Part shown: one piece after another, positions 37,827 through 51,415 of the stretch
Position numbering within the stretch: the first letter of the stretch is position 1
Layout of the letters: the number at the start of each line of letters is the position of its first letter
From: Kondoa subrosea
Lineage: Eukaryota
Assembly: GCA_039545335.1 (NCBI GenBank)
Contig: BCIN01000006.1
Location: 992,001 to 1,056,000, forward strand
Reading direction: 5' to 3'
Length of the DNA: 64,000 bases
Position numbers and translations under genes: made by a program
Notes under the pieces: generated by a model
The model's input: only the letters and a program-made list of their open reading frames with translations
Told to the model about the DNA's origin: nothing
Databases searched by the model: none

Positions 37827-39556
37827 ATGAGCGATTTGCTTCAACCATTAGTGAGGCTCAGGGCATGTTCCTTGATGTTATCGCTAGCTGATAAGAGATT
37901 CGATTTTGGAGTTGGGCGCTCTGCAGGCTTCTGCTTCTGTATTGTTAACCCTCTTCGCTGGTGTGCTCGCCAGTCAGTTCGAGCTTTTGAACGAGGTGAG
38001 CCTTGCGCTGCGAATGAAGTAAGATCGCTTATCATGGCATACAGGAAGCGGCAAAGAATGTCTCGAAGTTTTGCGTCAGGATGGCTCTACCAGCTCTCCT
38101 TGTACGTATCTTCTACTTGCATCGGTACTCGACAATCTGATTTGCGAAACAGATAGCGAATGTAGGTAAAGAGCTCGAGTATGGAACCGCATCACGCTAT
38201 CTCCCTCTTCTCCTCTGGTCCTTAGTCTACAACGTCGTCTCTATCCTGCTTGGTATTCTGCTTACCAAAGTACTCAAACTTCCTGCTTGGACTACGCCTG
38301 CTCTAGCTTTCAATAATACCACATCTCTTCCCCTTCTGCTGGTGCAATCGCTTGCCAGCGCTGATGTACTAAATTCAATATTGATGGGGAATGGGGATAC
38401 GGCTTCTGAAGCTGTAGACAGAGCAAAGAGTTACTTTTTGATCAACGCGATGGTAATGCTCTCTATGTCGTTGCTTGATTGTTTGCCAATGTCGAGCAGG
38501 TATCCAACTCATTGACTTTTGCTCTTGGACCAAAGTTACTCAACGGATCAGAGGAAGATGGAGAAGAGAAAGAACAGCAAGAGGAAGAGGAGGAGGAAGA
38601 AGCAAACGAGCAGACTTCCTTGTTGCCTGATCATGTTCAACATCACGGTGGAAAAGCTGTGGCTCACACTCATAGACACGCAAAGCATCACTGGAAGAAA
38701 TTACATCCTTGGATTCAGAACGCGTTGGAATTTAGCTATTCCTTCCTGAATGCTCCTTTGATTGGTGAGCAAGCTGAGCCACACTCAAGTGATGGATGAG
38801 AATCCTAAGATAAATCTTAGGCGCTCTGATTGGAGCTTTCATTGGTCTGACTCCTCCTTTGAAAAGGGCTTTCTTCAACGATCCAATGAAAGGTGGTTAT
38901 TTCAAAGCATGGCTAACGACATCAATCAAGAATGTTGGAGAACTCTTTGCTGCTTTGCAAGTAATTGTCGTCGGTGTGAAATTGGCTTCGGCTATGCGAA
39001 AATCAAGGAGAGGTGAAGAGTCAGGCGAAGTGCCCATGGCGCCTTTGATCATTGTCAACTTCATGAGACATATTGTTTGGCCAGCGTAAGTTGAAGCGGC
39101 TATTTAAGCTGGAGCTAGCTGATTGAGATTGGACAATTTATAGGATAAGTATTCCTTTAATGTGGTTCCTTGCGAAAAGAGGATATCTTGGTCAAGATCC
39201 GATCTTGTGGTTCTGCATGTGAGTTTGCTTTGGTCATTTTGGCATACTTGCACTGACGTCGGTTTCAGGATGCTTTTCGCTGTTGGATCTCCCGCTATGA
39301 AGCTCACTGCTCTTGCAGACTGGTACATATCTACTCTTTGATAGCGAATGCTTGAGCTTATTGTGCTTCTCTTGCAGTAGTGGAGCATCAAACAAGGAAA
39401 AGATGTCGATTGCCAAGTTCTTGACGGTCAGTCTAGCTTCATTCACTTGCATCTACGAGCTGAAATGGGATCTAGATATCGTATCTGATATCGCCTCTGA
39501 TCTGCTTGGCCGTCGTTGGAAGTCTGAAAGCAACACAAGCAGCAAAAGGATCGTAA
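37827..39556 (+). CDS. Auxin efflux carrier (Mem_trans/PIN-like) family transporter
   Basis: GALQASASVLLTL, FNNTTSLPLLLVQSL, RAKSYFLIN, FLNAPLIG, VGELFAALQVIVVG, DPILWFCM, GSPAMKL. Confidence 0.85.
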
Positions 39557-39771
39557 AAGGTTGTGATTCAATGTGAAGAAGTTGAGTAAAAAGAAGTTTA
39601 GAATATCACATCGGGTTCGCAGCATACACGACAAGCTTGTAGTAATACGGTAATATGAAATGCACTGTACTAAAAATCAAGAAACAGGGTTGACCCTTCA
39701 ATTTGCATGTGAATGCGCCAGCTTAGTAATACACTTTTACGGCTGCTTGCTCTTAACAGCCACACCAAATC

Positions 39772-41270
39772 ATGAAGGCCTACCGCGTGGACAAATACAT
39801 CAAGTCGCTAGAAGAGCTACCTGCCCTGCTGCAAGATGTGCCGGATCCAATTCCAAAAGATGGTGAAGTTCTGGTCGAAAGTGAGCTATACCGTTTGCTG
39901 CCTAGCTCAGCAGCCCTGCCCAGCTTTGCTCCACTGGTCAGGGCTGATCAGTAGCGTTGCGCTGCCTTCTGGTCCGGGCTCACGAGTTCCTGCAGTTCTC
40001 GCATCAGGTCTTAATTTTTTCGACTTACTCCAGACGCAAGGCAAATAGTGAGCTCTCATCGCTGGACGCAGGGCCATGCTGACTGTGAGAACAGTCAAAC
40101 TCAACCTCCATTTCCCTGGTTAGCGGGTTTCGAGTTTGCCGGTCGAGTGATAAGCGAAGCACCTGGCTCACCTTTCAAGAAAGGCGCAAGAGTGTTTGGT
40201 GCAGGTCAAGGAGCTTATGCGGAGAAAATTGCTTCAAGATGGGAACAACTGATTCCTATTCCTGAAGGCATGTCATATGAAGAAGCTTGTGGTCTCTACG
40301 TTACCTAGTCAGCTCCATCCTCTTCGTAAGAGGATAGAGAAACTGATAGTTTATGACTACTTTAGTCCTACTTCATATGCTGCTCTAGTCTTCCGGGCCA
40401 ATGTTCAACCAGGAGAAACGGTTCTTGTTCACGCAGCAGCTGGAGGTGTAGGAATAGCAGCCTGTCAGATTGCGAAAGCACTTGGAGCCAAAGTCATTGC
40501 TACTGCTGGATCTGCCGAGAAGCTCGAAGTCGCAAAGAAATACGGTTACGCTGACTATGCGCTCGATTACCGAAAAGAAGGATGGGAGAATGAAGTCAAG
40601 AAACTTACTGGCGGGAAAGGTGTAGAGTAGGTAACAATCTCGACCGCGAGCTCTTTTATGCTGACATACAGTTTGTGTGAAGTGTGGTATACGACCCTGT
40701 TGGTCTGATCAACAAATCTTTGAAGTGCATCGCCTGGAACGGACGCATCATAGTAGTTGGGTTCGCGGCTGGAAGCATAGAGTAAGCTCTGTCATTAGAC
40801 TACAGGGCGAGCTTGACATATTGCCTTAGATCGGTCAAAACGAATCAGATGCTACTCAAGAATTGTGCTGTTATGGGGGTAAGTCAAGTGTAGTTGGTTT
40901 ATATGAGGTGTATGAAGTTGATCGTTCTTCGCGCGTAGGTATTCTGGGGAGCTTACAGCGTAAAACAGCCTGAAAAGGTTCGCTGCAGCTCAGGTTAGCC
41001 AGTTTCCCGAACTGATCGAGATTGCGGAGCAGGTCAAAGAAACTTGGGACGCTTTGCTGGCAATGTTTGCAAAGAGTAAGCATACCTACTTTTTGATTGA
41101 TGAGCTTGTATTGACAATCATCTTCAGAACAACTCAAACCCATCATTTACGGCAAACCATATCAAGGCCTCGAGAAATTGGCTGAAGGTCTCAAGGCGCT
41201 TTCTGGACGAGACACCTATGGTAAAGCGGTCATCAGCATCAGCCAGACCTCGAACAAGAGCAAGTTGTAA
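39772..41270 (+). CDS. NADPH:quinone oxidoreductase-like medium-chain reductase (zeta-crystallin type), C-terminal PTS1
   Basis: SGLNFFDLLQTQGK, PPFPWLAGFEFAGRV, VLVHAAAGGVG, VYDPVG, WNGRIIVVGFAAG; ends TYGKAVISISQTSNKSKL-stop. Confidence 0.9.
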
Positions 41271-41566
41271 TCTGCTGTATTGCCTTCGACGCAAACTCCG
41301 CTGTTCGACGCCGTCATGTATTGTGGATGTAAGCATGCGTTGTGTCCATGTGTGTCTATCTCTTTGTATATGCGGAAAGAACAATTTCAATTTGTGCTTT
41401 TAAATGAACTATCATACAATAAAACTCGCGAAACACCTTTTCCAGCTAAGACGAAACAGCAATCTGATCAGTAGTATCTCTCTGTCTGTTCTCCTCTCTC
41501 TCTCGCTCATGATTCACTTCTTGGCTCTTCGTTCTCGCTACTGTGATCTATATTTACGACATCAGA

Positions 41567-42224
41567 TTAATCGACTGATGACACAAATCGTTTCTGACCT
41601 GGTAATCTCCTAAATGGACTGAACCTCCTTTCTCTTCTCCTTTGCAAAGTCGACTCTTCAGGTAATCCCAATCCTAGTCCAATCATTCTTCCTGCTTGAC
41701 TATCCGCATCATTCAATGGTAAAGGCGATGGTTCTCTTCTCCTTCTAGGCGGAGGTGCTCTGAAACTTAGCATAGGTGAAGTAGATCTAGAAGGAATAGG
41801 AGAAGAAGAAGAAGGAGGGTCGGTGGATAGGGTTGGAGAAGAGTTGTGGGTTGGTGAAAGAGGTAAATCTGGAGCTGAAGATAATCTGATCAAAGGTGGT
41901 TGAGTTCTTGATCTCTGCTTTCTGTAACATTAGAGTATGTTTGAAAGGTGTACTATGAGAAGGAAGGCGGACCTGCATTGCTTGGCTAGCATTGTTCTCA
42001 TATACTTGTTGATTGTTCGGTAAAGGTTGTATAGGACGTCTAGCCAAAGCCGCAGCAGGATAATTGGCCATAATCTCTGTGATGTCGTCTAAGATGGACC
42101 GCTGTGGTGCTCGAGGTGTAGGTGAGCCATTGAAGCTCTTCGAACGACCCAAGTTTGGTCTGTGGACACAGTAAGCTGCATGTACAGGGCCGTGGATACC
42201 GACATACCGTCGAGGAGGGTCCAT
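41567..42224 (-). CDS. Hypothetical Pro/Ser-rich protein
   Basis: ATG MDPPRRYVG; one plausible GT-AG intron joins two ORFs; low complexity, no recognisable domain. Confidence 0.4.
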
Positions 42225-42756
42225 GCAACAAGTACAATGTCAAGTAGACCGTTGCATAAGGGTAGCGAATGAGGGATTGTCGAAAGAATGAAGTTGGCAA
42301 GAAACAACAGGACGATAAACAAAACAAGCCCCGTTCGCGACGAATTCGGTGACGTTCGTAACGCTGTAACGAGCCTACGAAGGCTCCTATTGCGTAAATG
42401 TACTTACGGAGCGAAAATCATGAAAGAAACGCGTAATATACAAGCGATCACTCGATGACAATACCCGATCTCTGCAATCCAATACCTCGAATGTCGACTT
42501 GGTTGCCACGAGTGGGTCCTGCTCTTGCCTTTTCCTTCTTTTCCTTTCTGGACTTTGAACAAAGCATGAGCGAGATCACCACAGTAAGCAATATTGCAAT
42601 ACCTGTTACTCAGCTATCACGCCCTGCGGCTCCATGTACACCTATTCACCGGGGCTTGTTGTACACCCAGACATCGAGAGAAATCCCGACCTGTGGCAAG
42701 AGCAGCCAGCTAAGACAAGAAGTAAAGTCGAGCTACGTGCTGAACTCACCCATATT

Positions 42757-43710
42757 TCAAGTACCCAATCTATTCAGCAACTCTAGATCAGCCTCATCCA
42801 ACTCACTCCCTTCACCTTCTTCATCATCGCTATCGAATTGCAATCCAGAAGCTTCCAACGGATCAAACGTATCTTCTTCTCCGTCCGACCCAACTCTGAA
42901 TCTACCAACGATGATGATGGTCAGACTTACGAGAGTCTGCAAAAAACGGGAACATACTCAAAAGCATTCTCCCTTGAATTCTCATATGTAGATCGGGAAG
43001 GTAAGAGTGAAGATTGAGCGTGAGCATGTTTCAAAGCTTGTGCTTTTTCTCGAGCGACTGTAGCTGTTTGTAAAGCCAAAGAATCTTCATACGACATGGG
43101 TTGTAATTTAGATGTCGATTGTCTCAACTAATCTTAGAATTATCAAACATACGAATAAAAGGAGAGGTAAAAGGAGGACAAACGGGCGTAGAATGACCTA
43201 ATGATCTTTTCAACCCATTCGTATTCATACTTTCATCTCCTGTACTTGAAGAAGAAGAAAGTGGTGGATCACTAAGATGAAGGGAATCCAATTTCTGCTT
43301 TTCCTTGCGTAATGAGATTTCATGCTGAATCTTCTCTCTTCTACTCTGCAAAGCTTGAGCAGAAACAGCATTCGGTCCTCTAAGAGATACATACGAGCTT
43401 AGTACTCAGGGCAGTAAGGCAAGAGAGGAACGTACATTGCTTTGATGGTATCTTCACATCGAGACAACATATCATCCAATGCCCCATCAGAATGTATAGA
43501 GAAATCATTCGCTGAAGCAATTTGTTTGCCCTTGGCTTTAGATCTGGGTGAGATGAAAGGCGGTGTAGAAGTAGACTTGTTCGTAGGATCTAGGGAACGA
43601 GGAAGAATTCTTGGTTGTCGAGCTGCAGAGGCAGAAGTAGAAGGTACAGGATCATCGTCTGCTGTGGGATTCCTATAAGTATAGGCAGCTGAACCTGGGA
43701 ATTGCAGCAT
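42757..43710 (-). CDS. Hypothetical protein (acidic C-terminus, coiled-coil segment)
   Basis: Four consecutive minus-strand ORFs separated by intron-sized GT-AG gaps; no recognisable domain. Confidence 0.5.
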
Positions 43711-43736
43711 TATATTGTGTTTGACTAAAAGCGACG

Positions 43737-45003
43737 ATGTCCAGCAGTAATAAGCGAATCAGGGTGAGCCTTTTACGTGTGGGAGAGGTCTATAGCTGAA
43801 GAGGAATGCGCGCGTGTTGCAGGGTATATCAATAGCTCGACCAATTGTTTACGGCAATGTCGCAGTCTTGATGAAACCTGAAGAAAGGACAAACGAACAT
43901 ACACATCGATGGACTGTAGCTGTCCGATCTGCTGCATCACCTGAACCTTCTGCTGCACCGCACGAGCATCTGGATAGCGAGCCCACTGCTTCGAGTACTG
44001 AAACTGTGCAAGCTATTGGAGGTCAAGATGATATTTCTTATTTCATCAAAAGGGTGACTTTCAAGCTCCACGATACTTATGCTAATCCGACTCGAAGTCT
44101 GTTTCCTTCATTTATTCCACTTTTTATATGACTTTGCTGATTCTGAGGTGTATGTATTGAAGATGTGGATAAACCTCCGTTTGAATTGACTGAAACCGGT
44201 TGGGGTGAATTCGAAATCCAAATCAAAATCTTCTTCACTTCCGAATCTGGTGAAAAACCAATCACTTTTGTTCATTTACTAAAACTTCATCCTTGGGCTC
44301 CTACACTTACTTCCGGTCCAAACAATTTAACTTCAGGAGAAGAACCACCAGTAGTTGCACCAACACAACCAGAATTTGAACCATTAGCGGAAGATTCTAG
44401 TCCTGCTTCAGAAGTAATGGATGTTGATAAACCTGAATCGAAATCTGAAAAAGAAGAAGAAAAGAAGAAGGAAGAAGAAGTAGCTCCAGCTGTAGTACAA
44501 CAAACACCTGTTTTCAGTCCAGTTCATTCTTGGCAGTATGATGAAATCGTCTTCAACGAACCAACAGAAGCGTTTTATACTACTTTAGTATCGTTTCCCC
44601 TCACGCCTTTGTGAGTGAATGCTCCCTCCTTCATTCTGTCCTTTTTCTACCTTCTTCCCTTACGGGCTTTCACTTCTTTTTGTGCGACCATTCATCAAAT
44701 GACATGCTGATGTTTGGATGTAAATAGACCTGAACAACCTCGAATACCTAAACCGACCAATCGAATGCCTTTAGGTCAAACAGGAGCGGTAGGAGAATTA
44801 TCGTTGCATACTGAAGCGTTGGAAGCAAGAAGATTGGAAGATGCTAGGAAAAGCGTTTTAATCGAGTTGGAGAAAATGAGAACTAGGTCTGTCTATACTA
44901 CAAAGGGTGTACGAAGAGGGAAAGTAGCTGATATAAGGTCAATAGGCTCATTGAAGGTGAACGAGGGTTGATGGAAGCTAGGAGGGAATTGTTGATTGAA
45001 TAA
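43737..45003 (+). CDS. YAF9: YEATS-domain protein Yaf9 (NuA4/SWR1 subunit)
   Basis: [83 protein letters not shown]. Confidence 0.95.
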
Positions 45004-45453
45004 AGCGGAAGGTAAGCTTTGTCCTGTTGCCGCTTGAATTCAACTGATATGAATCTGCGCTACTTCAGTAATCTGTTACAATTCATCGCAACGCCTGTAT
45101 ATCGTCAAACGTAGACAGAAATTTGTTAGGTAGGTGATTCTGTGAGATCTGCCGAAGTTTGGCTTTTTTTACACCATTCAACTACAGTTGTGCACACGAC
45201 TCAAACTCAACCCATCAGTACTGTATTGAAGGAGAACTTCAGCTTAACTCGGCTTTGATGACCTCATGACTTGGCGGACTTCTCCCTGCCGCTTTGTATC
45301 AATGTATTCATATCATGTATCCACTCTCCTTAGACTTGTAGCTACCTCACCCAAGTATGTCAAGCGAACCGGCGACTTGACCGTTCTTCCCTTTGACCGA
45401 ATTCCGTCACGAAGGTGGGCTTCTCCTCTCTCTCCAGAACCACGAACTCAAAG

Positions 45454-46224
45454 ATGGGAAAGAATACTATGAAATGCGTCTTCAAGCCTGCTCCAGAGAA
45501 GGACAAGCCTAAATCGTTCGTCCCCTGCATTGGTTTCAGCTAAATTCGAGAGCTTAGCTGGTGCTACGTCGAACAGCACTGATGAATTCATTGTCATTGT
45601 TGAAGACAAAGCAGCTTTGGAAACTTACAGATCAGACCATAAGGAGACTGGCAGTAAGTCTAAATCCCGCTATTATGTATTTCGCTCATGATGCTACTTT
45701 TTGTAGGCAGGTGAGAGATGCTCGTTAGCAAGAGTATTACAGTCGCTCATACAACTCTGATAGCTCTACTCCGCTGGTCAGCATCGTTGACGGTTCGTAG
45801 GCCAGAGGTGCAACAGCAATATGTATTGATTGTAGCGTGACTGTTCGAACAGGCTTCGCAATCTTCCACACTGGTCAAGGTAAGGCTGATGAGCAGATAT
45901 CAGTCTGGACGGCTGTTAATCTTGTCGCTTTCGGTTTACAGGCAGTCAAGGTATCCTGGAGAGACCTAAAGATGCTGTCCTAGACTCAATCTTCGGTACT
46001 ACTAAAGAGGAGGACATCATCAAGAGGATCTTGCTTGAGGTGCGTGGGAATGGCCTGGGCGATTTCGCTTGAGCTGATAATTGATCGTCGAACGCACAGG
46101 GAACTCTCAAAGCCAGCGATGGAGTAGACTCAGCTAGATACACTAGTACGTGACGAAATTTGCGGTGCAGAATTTGTGCTAAAGTTGTTTCTTCGCTCGT
46201 ACAGCCAAGAACGACGGAGCGTAA
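45454..46224 (+). CDS. Rtc3-like small protein (SBDS N-terminal / DUF1960 domain)
   Basis: Not in the ORF track; spliced small exons give MGKNTMKCVFKP..STDEFIVIVE..STPLVSIVD|GFAIFHTGQG|SQGILERPKDAVLDSIFGTTKEEDIIKRILLE|G. Confidence 0.7.
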
Positions 46225-46435
46225 GCTAACCTTCTCCAAATTGCTTGACTAGCCTAATATCAGACTTCAGATCCGTATCTGTTGGATCTACAACTGGAGG
46301 ACAAGGAAGAGGCGGTCGCTAAATCGTTTTGTACGAACAAATTTGAAAGCATAGGGAAATGAAATGAAACAACAACCAAAGGAAATTACACAAATTATTA
46401 CATAAATATCATTACACCGTTGACCCCGATAACAA

Positions 46436-48850
46436 TCAGAAAGCGAACACAGCAGAATTGGCTGGATAGAAATCAGAAAGTGGATTATGATAGAAGGAAG
46501 ACGAGAGCGAACCTTTGCTCTTGTGACTGGCGACAGAGTAGACCAAGAAACTGGCGAAGAAGAGACCGACAGTAATACCGATTGCAACGGAGACCTGAGC
46601 TCAAATTAGCCTCTTTTCAATACGAAGCCACGCGAACTTGCGATTCGGAACCCGATGAGCAAACCGTCGACATACATATCGTCGCTTCCTCCTGAAATGA
46701 CCAGACCACCTGCTGCCCCGACTCCAGATGGGATAAGGAAGAGTACACCAGGAGCCATTGCGGTAAAAGCAGTTCCCCTGGTACCATGTATTAGCTAAGC
46801 ATTCTTGCACAAGAAGAATAAGACTCACTGGAATAATCGTGAATACAAGTTTCCCAACAGTCCGACAATAGTAGCACCAAGGAAAGAAACCACATCCGAT
46901 TTATTGAAAATGAACATACTGCCAACCGTGTTCGCTAACCAACCAGTAATGCCAATGAAAAGCATAACGGGGAATTGTCTTGATCTGATCCTCGCTTGAT
47001 TACCAATACACATGATTACTGCGAAAGTAGGTACGAAGAGGAAAGCAAAGTAAGGTGAGACAGGTTGTTGATACCAAGGATCAGTTGATGATCGAGGGCA
47101 ATAAACACCACCTTGATGATTAGCTGCGGAGTATTGATTTGTATCAGGGATAGAGAGATAGCCCATCCAATCTTGGATTAGGGCAGGATCGGTCGTGTTG
47201 GAAGCAAAGTTGCCAATATAGGTAGTCATTGCTGTTTGGGATTCTATTTTCGATTGAGCTCTTGCGTCGGGATCGATCATGAGGTAGAACTCGGAACCAA
47301 CGCTGAGACCGAAGCCCTGTGCGTTAGAGAAAGTTTTTAATCAGGCAAGACTGATACAAACTTTCTCCAACTTACGACAAAGAGAGAGTAGATGATAGCA
47401 TAGATGAGCTTGACACTTCCAGCCATCATATTCTTAGATGCCAATTCTAGCGCACCACACACTGTCCGAGGAAATCAGACACAGGCTTTGTTGCGTTGTG
47501 GGGTCAAGCAAGCGCACGGATAACATAGCTGTGTGCAAGGCAAGACAAGTCAGATACGGTCAACTAAGTTGCTTCACTGCTCACCCAGGAATGACATTCA
47601 CCACACTAGCAGAAGCTATTGATTGATAGCAAAAAATGCCAGTTGTTGAAATACCTCTCGCAGCAAAGGCGATAAGAGTAGCGATTGAAATTCTGCTCAG
47701 GTTGTCAGCTGCATACTTCGCGTTCAGCACAATCGGACGCCTACTCAAAGATGTTGGCATATGCTGCACTGTGAGCAACAGCTTTTGTTTGCAGAATCTT
47801 CAACACCAAAGTCATGCAGAAAACGACTGCAGCGTCAATAAGACTGCCTTGAAATCTAGTAAGTCATCATGAGTAACGTCGAGTCATCAATGAAGAGGAA
47901 AAACGACTCACGCCAACATGCACATCATGAAACTACCTGTACTGCCTAATCCGATCTGGAGCCATTCACTGTAAAGCGGTTCGGCTTTGATAATTCGCGA
48001 TAATTCAGCTGATCCTTCCAAAACCGATAGCTCTTGACGAGTGACCTGACGAAAAACTTCGTGCACATTGTGTAATTGAGTAAGATTCAGTCCGCCTGTC
48101 GCTTTGACGAAATGGGTTTCAGACGTATGAGTCTGTGTATAGGAATCAGCTTGTAGCTAGAGACTTAGACTGTACATAATACCTCTGGATCACCAAAAGA
48201 TGCAATCACGACACCAGGAATATGGATGAATTGAGCTCTGACATTAATTGCTACCGCTGCAGCTGATAATTGGACCTCCATACGATGACTTGGCGCGCCA
48301 TACATCATCATTGCCTTGGCCAGCTTGAGCAGGAAAGAATAGCATGCGAGTAGATCTTTTCAGATAGCAATGAGCACAAGCTTGTCTGAAGAGAGAGTAG
48401 CGACTTACGAGCTACGTTTTGAGCGACAGTCATCTTGTTACGTTTCTTGTCGTTTGCTGTAGTAGGATCTTCCATACTCTTCATCAAGGAATCGGGATTA
48501 AGAGTTGCGCAACTACTTCGTCTTCTGTTACTCCAGCCACGTTTCATCTTGTTGCTCTTGAAACTCTTGATACTAGTCGTATCCGAATGATTACCATCGT
48601 CCAAATCATCACTCCTTCTCCTGCTGCCCAATTTTCCTGAACTTCCATCTTCTGCATTATAAAGTTGTAATAGGTTCGAAAGAACACCACCAGTGTTCAG
48701 AACAGGTTTAGCAGGATGTTTCCTTCTGTCTGCAACACCAGCAACCAAATCCACTGCTTCTTTTACTGGTGCTCTTTGAATTCGTTCACGAGTTTTTGAA
48801 GTCTCTAAGCCAGGTCGAGGTGTTTTCTCAGGATCTTGCACGTACGCCAT
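46436..48850 (-). CDS. Prm10-like DUF1212/ThrE-family membrane protein
   Basis: LLKLAKAMMMYGAPSHRME, FIHIPGVVIASFGD, HTSETHFVKA, FEISIATLIAFAA, SASVVNVIPG, GIFLIPSGVGAAGG; ends ANSAVFAF-stop. Confidence 0.85.
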
Positions 48851-49330
48851 ACTCAGGCAATACAACGAGCGTGGTATAGAGGAAAGAGATAAATAGAGCG
48901 AAAGCTAAGGCAGTTCATTTTATAATGTTGAAGAATCGATTCGGCAGAATGACAGCACTAGAGATTGCCCGAGTGACGCTGATGATTGCGTAAGTAATGC
49001 CGAAGAGCCTTGGCGCTATACCTGGCATTGCACCCCTTTCAGACATTCGCACCCCATCCAATTTTCGTGCATGCAGATCGTGTGACAAGTATCTTTGAGC
49101 TGTTTCGCTTCAAGGCATCATAGCATAGATGAATCCAGAGTGCACGCGAGAACAGACAATTCATAGACAGATTTCTCTTCCGAAGTATCTCTTTCTTCAA
49201 GAACACGAACCGGTGGTATCAAGATTCTGTAGCATCGAAGAACTGGACTAGATCCTTCCATTGGGCCCAAAGACTCAGTAATTCAGGACACATTGGCTGT
49301 CAAAAGAAAACATCATCAACCTTGGCAAAA

Positions 49331-50955
49331 ATGGGAGATCCAGCAGCTGCAGCTTTCGTAGACTGGTTCACAGCTCAGGAGGGTGCTTTCCTATCAGATA
49401 AATGTGGTATAGTAAGCTACGAAGAGCAATCTGAAGGAATGGGTCGAGGATGCATTGCACTCCAAGATATCGCAGAAGGCGAAATCTTGTTTTCTGTTCC
49501 TCGGTCTCTCGTTCTCTCTACTTCTACTTCTTCTTTACCTGAAAAACTAAGTCCGGAAGATTGGCATTCATTGAAAACTTCGGGTTGGACTGGTTTGATC
49601 TTATGTATGGCTTGGGAATACCTACAAGGCGAGAAAGGAAGATGGTATAACTACTTTGCTGTCATGCCGCATACTTTCAGCACCCCAATCTTCTGGAAAG
49701 AAGAAGATCTAGCTGAACTCAAAGGCAGTCTCATGCTAGGTATGGTTACCCGCTCAGTATTCCGTTTCTCCAAATTGATCCAATGGCACAGACAAAATTG
49801 GTAAAGAAGATGCTGAAGCCAATTTCCGAAATGTCGCTCTACCTATAATTCAATCTCGACCTGATCTATTTACAAATCAACATCTTTATACTGTTGAACT
49901 GTTCCATCAAATGGGTTCTCTGATATTATCCCGGTCTTTCACTGTCGAACCGCCTGATACCGAGTCTGATCAAGAAGGAGAAGAAGATGTTTCTATGGGC
50001 AAGGAAAACGCAAAGCAAAGCGATCAATCAATCAAATCTATGACAGGAGAAGAAGAGGGAGATAAATCCACCGAAGGCATGGAAGATGGCGCAGCGGATG
50101 TAGCGATGGTCCCGTTTGCTGATATTCTCAATGCAAAGAGTGGTCATGAAAACGCTCATTTGGTTTATGAGATGGACGTCCTAAATATGACGGCTACCAA
50201 GGCGATACCTCAAGGGGAACAGATCTTGTAAGCTCTACCTGCTTCTCGCATGAATTTGACTGATCGTATTGACAGCAATACATATGCCGATCCACCGAAT
50301 AGCGATCTACTCCGCCGATATGGTCATGTCGATATACCTAATGATCACGATATTGTCGAAATCCGTGGCGATCTGATAGCGGATACTGTTTGTAGCTTTG
50401 TCGAGGGCGTGCAGGAGTTGCGGGAAGTCAAGGTCGAGTGGGCTCTTGAGCAAGGAATGGATGAGTACGTATCCCTTGATGAGTATCAAAAACCCGCTCA
50501 TACATATCATAGCGTCTTTTCACTGAGCAAAGAAGATCTCTTACCTGATGATCTATTATCCTATATCATCCTTTTCGCGTGTGGTGAACAAGATTTCAAT
50601 AAACTGGTCGTCAAAGATACGATCCCGAAGCCTCAATTGGATGTATCTACATTGAAGCTAGCAAAGAAGATTATCGAAGCGCGAATGAAAGCCTATCCTA
50701 CTACGATCGAGGTGAGACGTCTCATGACCTTTTGTGAATTGAGACTGACTTGTTTGACAGGAGGATGAACGGTTATTACAAGCTCCTAGGAATGGCAATC
50801 ATCGGAACGCTATCGTTGTTCGAAAGGGAGAAAAGGAGATTTTGCAGGCTGCGCTCGGTAAAGCTATTACTCTCGCTGCTGAACTGAAGCCGAAGAAGCG
50901 AAAGAGAGAGAAAGAGGCAGAAGGGAGCAAGAAAGCCAAGATGGACCAGACATGA
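49331..50955 (+). CDS. SET-domain protein-lysine methyltransferase (SETD6/Rkm4-like, with Rubisco-LSMT substrate-binding domain)
   Basis: GMGRGCIAL.DI.EGEILFSVPR, WTGLILCM, MGSLILSRSF, AMVPFADILNA, NTYADPPNSDLLRRYGHVD, YPTTIEED. Confidence 0.85.
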
Positions 50956-51415
50956 AATCGAATTCAATGGCTTATAAGACATATCACCTTCCCGCTGGCT
51001 TCAGTGATTTCTCCCGAGCGCTCTCTGTAGTCTTTTTGCCTACTGCTGCTTCTATAACACCGTCTTTCAATCCTATTTTCGGCCGAGATCATAGAGCTTG
51101 AAGTCTAGAAGCTACTCGAGCCAAATAGGCTGCTATACCCAGCCTTTTTCTGCCATTTCCATTCCTCTCTTCTGTGCTTCCGTTCTGATTGCTTTTGCTT
51201 GAATGAACGGCAAACTCGATATGCGCTGTATGCCTCTTGAACTGCTGAGATTTCCTTCACCACCCCGGTCGCATCTTCTCAATTGTTCCTCCCTATTTGA
51301 GGCCCATCCGACTGCCTGCAAAGCTTGAGTATTTTACGACTCGGCGATTCGATTTACAAGCAAATCAGGCCTCAGGCGAAGAAAAGTAGCTTAAGCAGAA
51401 AGTGATTGACGAGAC

